This document shows positions 63,889 through 64,000 of a stretch of 64,000 nt of DNA, piece after piece. The notes below the pieces were generated by a model. It worked only from the letters and a program-made list of their open reading frames with translations, was not told where the DNA came from and did not search any database. Source of the stretch: an uncultured Acidobacteriota bacterium (GTDB taxonomy: Bacteria; Acidobacteriota; Vicinamibacteria; Vicinamibacterales; CAVVIG01); contig CAVQFC010000004.1 in the NCBI GenBank assembly GCA_963711765.1, forward strand, positions 835,138-899,137, in the 5' to 3' direction. A program made the position numbers and the translations under genes. Every line of letters starts with the position of its first letter. The first letter of the stretch is position 1.

Positions 63889-64000
63889 CCGAGCGAATGT
63901 CATGCCGGATCATTCGAGCTTGCAGGAGTGCGGCTCGAATGGTCCGTTGATTCGCAGCGAGGTTCCCGCAACGCTCATCACCATCCACGCGCGCATTCCC

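Noticed and set aside
63902-64000. Possible plus-strand ORF starting at ATG 63902 and running off the window (MPDHSSLQECGSNGPLIRSEVPATLITIHARIP..).
   Set aside because: Only 33 codons are visible and no motif is recognisable. There is too little evidence to call a gene.

Overview
High-GC (roughly 65-70% by eye) bacterial chromosomal segment. The gene content suggests Acidobacteriota, but this is inference only: BshC, CarboxypepD_reg/TonB-type outer-membrane protein, PEGA- and TPR-linked Ser/Thr kinases, DUF1844. Left to right it holds: hrcA-grpE-dnaJ-prmA with a sigma70-like promoter and CIRCE operator but no dnaK; an amidohydrolase and XdhC; PBP1A and bshC; a PEGA pseudokinase; carA-carB; comEC, mazG, DUF1844, an MBL hydrolase, ribF and cysS; a class-III aminotransferase, yraN and galT; and tRNA-Gly and tRNA-Cys. 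After the tRNAs comes a lower-GC accessory stretch (about 28.4-35.9 kb) with methyltransferases, a nitrilase-family enzyme, a B3 metallo-beta-lactamase with an E-x-H-x-D-H motif, a DHFR-family protein and a CocE/NonD hydrolase. Then follow rpoZ, GT2 and methyltransferase genes, an ankyrin/PEBP/gluconate-dehydrogenase cluster, and a kinase / B12-radical-SAM / small-peptide operon. The window ends with ferritin-like, RHH, pilin-like and ferredoxin genes, a liuBCDE-like leucine-catabolism operon, a sigma54 activator next to a YtxH/DUF948 cluster, YihY and a DUF255 thioredoxin protein. Four observations stand out. (1) A TIGR03975-like RiPP-type B12 radical SAM enzyme is translationally coupled to a Ser/Thr kinase and followed by an unannotated 35-aa Lys-rich ORF. 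(2) Intergenic spacers are built from 7-9 nt word arrays and hairpins, including one element family present three times. (3) Many conserved genes are broken by frameshifts. All 32 junctions I traced are net +1, and they cluster in blocks, which points to assembly insertions rather than biology. (4) There is a predicted pseudokinase-PEGA protein and a sigma54 promoter candidate. No CRISPR array, rRNA, transposase or integrase was seen. All calls rest on reading the sequence and recalled family motifs; no searches were run.
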